Assembly: GCA_963765495.1 (NCBI GenBank)
Contig: CAVXWP010000008.1
Location: 96,001-160,000, forward strand
Direction of reading: 5' to 3'
Source of the DNA: Blastocatellia bacterium
Lineage (GTDB): Bacteria; Acidobacteriota; Blastocatellia; UBA7656
DNA length: 64,000 nucleotides
The notes under the pieces were generated by a model. That model had not been told where the DNA came from and ran no database searches. It worked only from the letters and a program-made list of their open reading frames with translations. The number at the start of each line of letters is the position of its first letter. The first letter of the stretch is position 1. The position numbers and the translations under genes are program-made. This document shows positions 59,467 to 64,000 of the stretch, piece after piece.

Positions 59467-60218
59467 GGATCACCTTTCTCGGCACAGGCACGTCGGTTGG
59501 GGTTCCCACCGTGGGCTGTGATTGCGGGACTTGCCTGTCGATTGACCCGCGAGACAATCGCCTGCGCACGTCTGTGCTGATCGAGCACGACGGGCACAAT
59601 ATCATAATCGACGCCTCTACGGATTTTCGTCAGCAGGCATTGCGTGAAAAGCTAACCCGGCTGGATGCAATACTGTTTACTCACGCTCACGCCGATCATT
59701 GCTTTGGCCTCGACGACGCGCGGCCTCTCATGTTTCGTCACGGGGCGATCCCCTGTTTTGCAACTGAAATCACCTGGCAGGGCCTGCGCCGCATTTATGC
59801 TTATGTGTTCGAGCCTTCGCCATACCCCGGCGTCCCCCGCATCATTCCCAATAGAATCGAGGGCTCATTCACCCTCTTCAGGCTTCCGGTAGAGCCCCTG
59901 ACGGTCATACATGGGCGGTTGGCTGTGACTGCCTATCGCATAGGCGGATTCGCCTATGTGACCGATTGCAATCTGATCCCCGACGAGACACTGGCCGGGC
60001 TCAAGGATTTGGACCTCCTCGTCATAGATGCGCTCAGATTCAAACCGCACCCGACGCACATGACTTTGGACCAGTCGCTCGGCTACATTGATATGCTCAA
60101 GCCCCGGCGCGCACTGCTTACGCACATTTCGCACGACATAAAGCACGCGGAGACGAGCGAGAGTTTGCCTTCGGGGGTCGAAATCGCTTACGACGGATTA
60201 AAGGTGGAACTTAATTGA
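59463..60218 (+). CDS. MBL-fold metallo-hydrolase (PhnP-like)
   Basis: FLGTGTS.GVP..GC.C..C, THAHADH, YVTD, THISH. Confidence 0.92.
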   Translation: MRITFLGTGTSVGVPTVGCDCGTCLSIDPRDNRLRTSVLIEHDGHNIIIDASTDFRQQALREKLTRLDAILFTHAHADHCFGLDDARPLMFRHGAIPCFATEITWQGLRRIYAYVFEPSPYPGVPRIIPNRIEGSFTLFRLPVEPLTVIHGRLAVTAYRIGGFAYVTDCNLIPDETLAGLKDLDLLVIDALRFKPHPTHMTLDQSLGYIDMLKPRRALLTHISHDIKHAETSESLPSGVEIAYDGLKVELN

Positions 60219-61174
60219 TGAATGTCTTCCGCGATCTCAAAAATGACGAGATCAAAACACCTTCTATACTGACTTTCGGCGTCTTCGATGGTCTGCATCT
60301 GGCTCATCAGCAGATCATGAACAGGGTGATCGAGCGCGCCCGCGCGACGGGTCTTGCCTCAACCGTAGTCACCTTCGAACCGCACCCGCGAGCCGTCCTG
60401 CGCCCGGAAACGGCCCCGCCTCTGCTTCACACATTCGAGCAAAAGATGGAAGGGATGGAGCGGCTCGGCATAGATCAGGCCGTGGTGCTCAATTTTACAA
60501 AAGAGCTGGCTCAGGTAAGCGCGACCGATTTTCTGACCGGGATTATTTTTGGCAGGCTCGATGCCCGGGAGGTCTATCTGGGTCACGGATTCGCCTTCGG
60601 ACATAATCGAGAAGGTCGCTTTGAATTGCTCAAGCAGGTAGCAGATCGGCTCGGTCGCGTGGCCGAAGAGGTTCCCGAAGTCTCTATCCGAAATCACCGC
60701 GTAAGTTCTACGCTGGTTCGCCGCCTGCTTGTCAGCGGGCGCGTGAATCTTGCGCGCCGATTGCTTGGCAGGCCCTACGGTGTGGAGAGCCGCGTCATTG
60801 AGGGCCGAAAGATTGCCGGATCGCAACTCGATTACGCGACGGCCAACCTCAAGCCCCACAATCGCGTGCTGCCGGCAAACGGCGTTTACGTGACCCTGAC
60901 CCTGATCGAAGGCCAGTGGTGGCGCTCGATCACAAACATAGGCAATAAGCCTACGTTTGGCGGCGACCCCGAAGTCACCGTCGAGACTCACGTGCTCGAT
61001 TTCGACCGCCAGTTGTACGGGGAAAAGATTCGCGTTCGCTTCCTGCACCGGCTGCGCGCCGAAACGAAATTCGAATCCGTCGATGCGCTCCGCTCTCAGA
61101 TCGCCCGCGATTACAGACGTACGCTCAGATACTTCGAGCGGGAATGCGTCGAGAGACATTTCGATTATCGCTAA
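60218..61174 (+). CDS. ribF: Bifunctional riboflavin kinase / FAD synthetase
   Basis: G.FDGLHLAHQ, TFEPHP, F.FG, VSSTLVR, TANL, NIG.KPTF, ETH..DF...LYG. Confidence 0.95.
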   Translation: MNVFRDLKNDEIKTPSILTFGVFDGLHLAHQQIMNRVIERARATGLASTVVTFEPHPRAVLRPETAPPLLHTFEQKMEGMERLGIDQAVVLNFTKELAQVSATDFLTGIIFGRLDAREVYLGHGFAFGHNREGRFELLKQVADRLGRVAEEVPEVSIRNHRVSSTLVRRLLVSGRVNLARRLLGRPYGVESRVIEGRKIAGSQLDYATANLKPHNRVLPANGVYVTLTLIEGQWWRSITNIGNKPTFGGDPEVTVETHVLDFDRQLYGEKIRVRFLHRLRAETKFESVDALRSQIARDYRRTLRYFERECVERHFDYR

Positions 61175-61185
61175 TCAAACGCTCA

Positions 61186-61281
61186 ATGATTCGTGATTCG
61201 TGATCCGTGATCCGTGATTTACCTGATTTGCAATTTGCGCTAAATAAGCAAGCTTCCTTAAAATCACGAATCACGAATCAC
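61186..61281. repeat. Heptamer-armed palindromic element, 44-bp core
   Basis: (GTGATYC)n arm, core 61219-61262, (ATCACGA)n arm containing the oxidoreductase stop codon. Confidence 0.88.
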
Positions 61282-63331
61282 TCTTGCCTATCTGCACGAG
61301 ATTGTCGTAAAAAGTGGCTCCCCCGCTTATATCGGTTAGCGCCTGTGAGACCGTTTGATTGACGTTGCCTAGACCGGGGCTGAGCTTGTTCCACCATATG
61401 GAGAGCGCCACGGCGACACCCGGTTTCACGCGCTCCGATATTCGAGCCACAAGCAGGCACTCGCCTCTATCGTTCCACACCCGCGCCATATCACCATCCG
61501 ACAGATTGCGACTTGCCGCATCAGCCGGATTCAGTTCTATGAAAGGCTGGCGCTCGCTTCTCAGAAAAGTGGTCAGGTGCGAAAAAGAGGTGTTAAGAAA
61601 CGAATTCGCGGGCGGGCTTATTAATTGAATTGGGAAACGCGCTGCAAGCTTGGGCGCGCTTTCGGGCGATTCTCTCGGCGGTATGTAATCGGGTAAGGGG
61701 TCGAGCCCTGCCCATTCCATCGCCTCAGAATAAAACTCGCATTTGCCAGATGGAGTGCTGTAGCCGCCTTCGGCAAACGGCGCGAACGTCAAAGGAAGAT
61801 TGAGCCTTGCCCAGCCGTCGCGCTTCAAGCGTTCGAGCGTAATGCCTTCGAGCACAGGGCTCCCCGACCCAAGCGCCTGCCGAATGATGTCTTCATCCGT
61901 GTCCTTGAAGCAGCCTTCCTCAAATCCCATCCGATCAGCCAGCAACCTGAAGACCTCCGAGTTTGGTTTCGCTTCGCCAAGCGGCGCGATGGCCGGCTCG
62001 TTGTAAACCAGATAATAGTGGCCGTAGGGTTTCACAATATCGCGGTGTTCGAGTTGCGTAGTCGCGGGCAGCAATATGTCGGCATAATCTGCCGTGTCGG
62101 TCTGGAACTGCTCGTGGACCACCGTGAAAAGGTCTTCGCGCTTAAACCCTTCGATTACTTTTGATTGGTCGGGCGCGATTGCGGCCGGGTTTGAATTGTA
62201 TACATAGATTGCCCGAACCGGCGGGTCGAGCCGGGTGAGCGCCTCGCCCAGCCGCGACATGTTTACCGTGCGCGGATTGCCTCGGATCAGATCGGGCCTT
62301 TGAAGTTTTGCATCGTCAAAGGCGAACATCCCGCTGCTCGACAGCAGCACGCCTCCGCCCGCATCGCGCCACGCACCCGTGAGCGCAGGCAGGCAGGCGA
62401 TTGAGCGAACAGCCATGCCCCCGCCCGCGTGACGTTGCAGGCCGTAATTTACCCGTATCACGGCCGGGCGCGTATTCGCGTACTGGCGGGCAAACTCTAT
62501 GATCTCGCCTTCCCGCAGGCCGCAGATGGAAGCCGCGCGCGAGGGTGGGAACTCCGCCACACGCTCGCGCAGCTTATCAAACCCAATCGTATGTTGATCG
62601 ATATACTGACGGTCTTCGAGCCCTTCACTCAAGATCACATTCATAACGGCAAGGGCGAAAGCTGCATCCGTGCCGGGGCTGAGTTGTATCAACTGATGGC
62701 AGTGATCGAGCGTGTGATTGCGGTAAGGATCAATGCCGATCAGGCGAGCGCCGTTTTCCACGGCTTCCTTGATTTCTGGCCACAGATGAATGTTTGATGA
62801 AAGCGTATTCGTTCCCCACAACACGATCAACCGGGCGAGATGGAAGTTCTCCATGTCTGTTCCGATGGTCGCGCCTACGGTAAATCGCATCGCGTCTCCG
62901 CCTGTAGATGAACAGATCGTGCGAGCCAGCAAACTTGCGCCGAGACGGTGAAAGAAACGACGGTCCATGCTCGACCCGTTGACGGTTCCCATTGTTCCGC
63001 CATAGCTGAAAGGGAGGATAGATTCGGGGCCGTCTGCGGAATCGCTTGTCTCTTGAAATCGACGGGCGATAATCTCTAGAGCCTCGTCCCAGGTGATGCG
63101 CTCGAACCGGCCTTCGCCTTTCTTGCCTATGCGGCGCTGCGGGTAGAGCAGGCGGCCCTCGTTGTAAACCCGTTCGAGATAGCGCGTCACTTTCGTGCAG
63201 AGAAAACCTCGGGTAGTCGGATGATCGGGGTCGCCCGACACGCGAGTGGCGCGACCGTCTTCGACTTCGACAAGCATCGCGCAGGTGTCGGGGCAATCGT
63301 GCGGACAGGCGGCATGGATGATACTCTTCAT
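61271..63331 (-). CDS. Molybdopterin oxidoreductase (DMSO reductase superfamily, 4Fe-4S)
   Basis: ACPHDCPDTC...LC.K, RTICS, TDTADYADILLPA, C-terminal double-psi barrel. Confidence 0.92.
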   Translation of the reverse strand: MKSIIHAACPHDCPDTCAMLVEVEDGRATRVSGDPDHPTTRGFLCTKVTRYLERVYNEGRLLYPQRRIGKKGEGRFERITWDEALEIIARRFQETSDSADGPESILPFSYGGTMGTVNGSSMDRRFFHRLGASLLARTICSSTGGDAMRFTVGATIGTDMENFHLARLIVLWGTNTLSSNIHLWPEIKEAVENGARLIGIDPYRNHTLDHCHQLIQLSPGTDAAFALAVMNVILSEGLEDRQYIDQHTIGFDKLRERVAEFPPSRAASICGLREGEIIEFARQYANTRPAVIRVNYGLQRHAGGGMAVRSIACLPALTGAWRDAGGGVLLSSSGMFAFDDAKLQRPDLIRGNPRTVNMSRLGEALTRLDPPVRAIYVYNSNPAAIAPDQSKVIEGFKREDLFTVVHEQFQTDTADYADILLPATTQLEHRDIVKPYGHYYLVYNEPAIAPLGEAKPNSEVFRLLADRMGFEEGCFKDTDEDIIRQALGSGSPVLEGITLERLKRDGWARLNLPLTFAPFAEGGYSTPSGKCEFYSEAMEWAGLDPLPDYIPPRESPESAPKLAARFPIQLISPPANSFLNTSFSHLTTFLRSERQPFIELNPADAASRNLSDGDMARVWNDRGECLLVARISERVKPGVAVALSIWWNKLSPGLGNVNQTVSQALTDISGGATFYDNLVQIGKSDS

Positions 63332-63453
63332 AATTGTCCTCTACGCTTTAGAAGAATACATGTTTGCAAGCACGATTGAAACTACGGATCGGTTGTAAGG
63401 CCCAACCGGGCATAGTATTCTGATGAGCATTCCAGTCCGGGGAGAGATCGCGT

Positions 63454-64000
63454 ATGAAGTTGTGGGGCGGCAGATTTAAGGGGGAAGCCGATGCGGGGTT
63501 CGCTCGTTTCAATGCTTCTTTTGGTTTTGACCGGCGTTTGATCGAAGCCGACATCACGGGGAGTCTGGCTCACGCCGAAGCATTGGCCGCGGCCGGTATC
63601 CTCACCCGAGATGAGGCAAGGCAGATCGAAGCGGGGCTGACGGAGATTTTGAGGCGAGCGCAACAGGAGCCGGATTATCTTGATAGCCGCGATGCGGAAG
63701 ACGTGCACAGCTTTGTCGAGGCCGAGCTTGTTCAGGCTATAGGAGACGCAGGCTATAAACTCCACACGGGCCGCAGCCGCAACGATCAGGTGGCGACCGA
63801 CCTCAGACTCTTTCTGCGGGCCGCGCTCGATGATCTGTCGCATCTCATTCGTGAATTTCAGACCGCGCTCGTAGAGCTTGCCGAAGCAAACCGCGACGCG
63901 GTGCTTCCCGGCTACACTCATCTTCAGCGCGCGCAGCCTGTCTTGTTCGCACATTATCTGCTTGCGTATTTCGAAATGGCGAAGCGCGACCGTGCGAGAC
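63454..64000 (+). CDS. argH: Argininosuccinate lyase (runs off the window)
   Basis: Manual translation MKLWGGRF...FNAS..FDRRL...DI.GS.AHA, EDVH, KLHTGRSRNDQVATD, PGYTHLQRAQP. Confidence 0.96.
   Translation, partial: MKLWGGRFKGEADAGFARFNASFGFDRRLIEADITGSLAHAEALAAAGILTRDEARQIEAGLTEILRRAQQEPDYLDSRDAEDVHSFVEAELVQAIGDAGYKLHTGRSRNDQVATDLRLFLRAALDDLSHLIREFQTALVELAEANRDAVLPGYTHLQRAQPVLFAHYLLAYFEMAKRDRAR

Noticed and set aside
16536-61281. Repeat-core-repeat elements with 37-44 bp cores as a CRISPR array
   Set aside because: Arms are inverted 7-mers, copies are dispersed singly, cores are homologous to each other, and no cas genes are present.
61271-63331. Selenocysteine in the molybdopterin oxidoreductase
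   Set aside because: The frame is uninterrupted with no in-frame UGA, so it gives no independent support for Sec usage.
63382-63954. 190-aa minus-strand ORF
   Set aside because: Antisense to argH, which the ORF track omitted because it runs off the window.

Overview
Bacterial chromosomal DNA of moderate-to-high GC. Gene content and style suggest Acidobacteriota, possibly Blastocatellia (inference only). Housekeeping and metabolic loci include trpG-trpC-trpF, a TetR-controlled RND efflux operon, plsY-gpsA, lexA, ROK/sthA/dienelactone hydrolase, a form II coxSLM-coxG molybdo-flavoenzyme, mazG, DUF1844-MBL-ribF, a molybdopterin oxidoreductase and the start of argH. Between them are many singleton accessory genes and two gene fragments. 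No rRNA, tRNA, CRISPR array, transposase or integrase is visible. The most notable observations are: (1) a small membrane protein at 13729-14121 whose frame continues cleanly through an in-frame UGA followed by a SECIS-like hairpin, i.e. a candidate unannotated selenoprotein co-transcribed with an aldo/keto reductase; (2) six intergenic elements made of inverted 7-bp tandem-repeat arms around alignable cores of exactly 44 or 37 bp; (3) a family of 160-220 bp MITEs with ISAs1-type CAGGG ends and 9-10 bp target duplications, carrying REP-like hairpins; (4) a triple direct repeat with a 10-bp period overlapping the lexA operon promoter.
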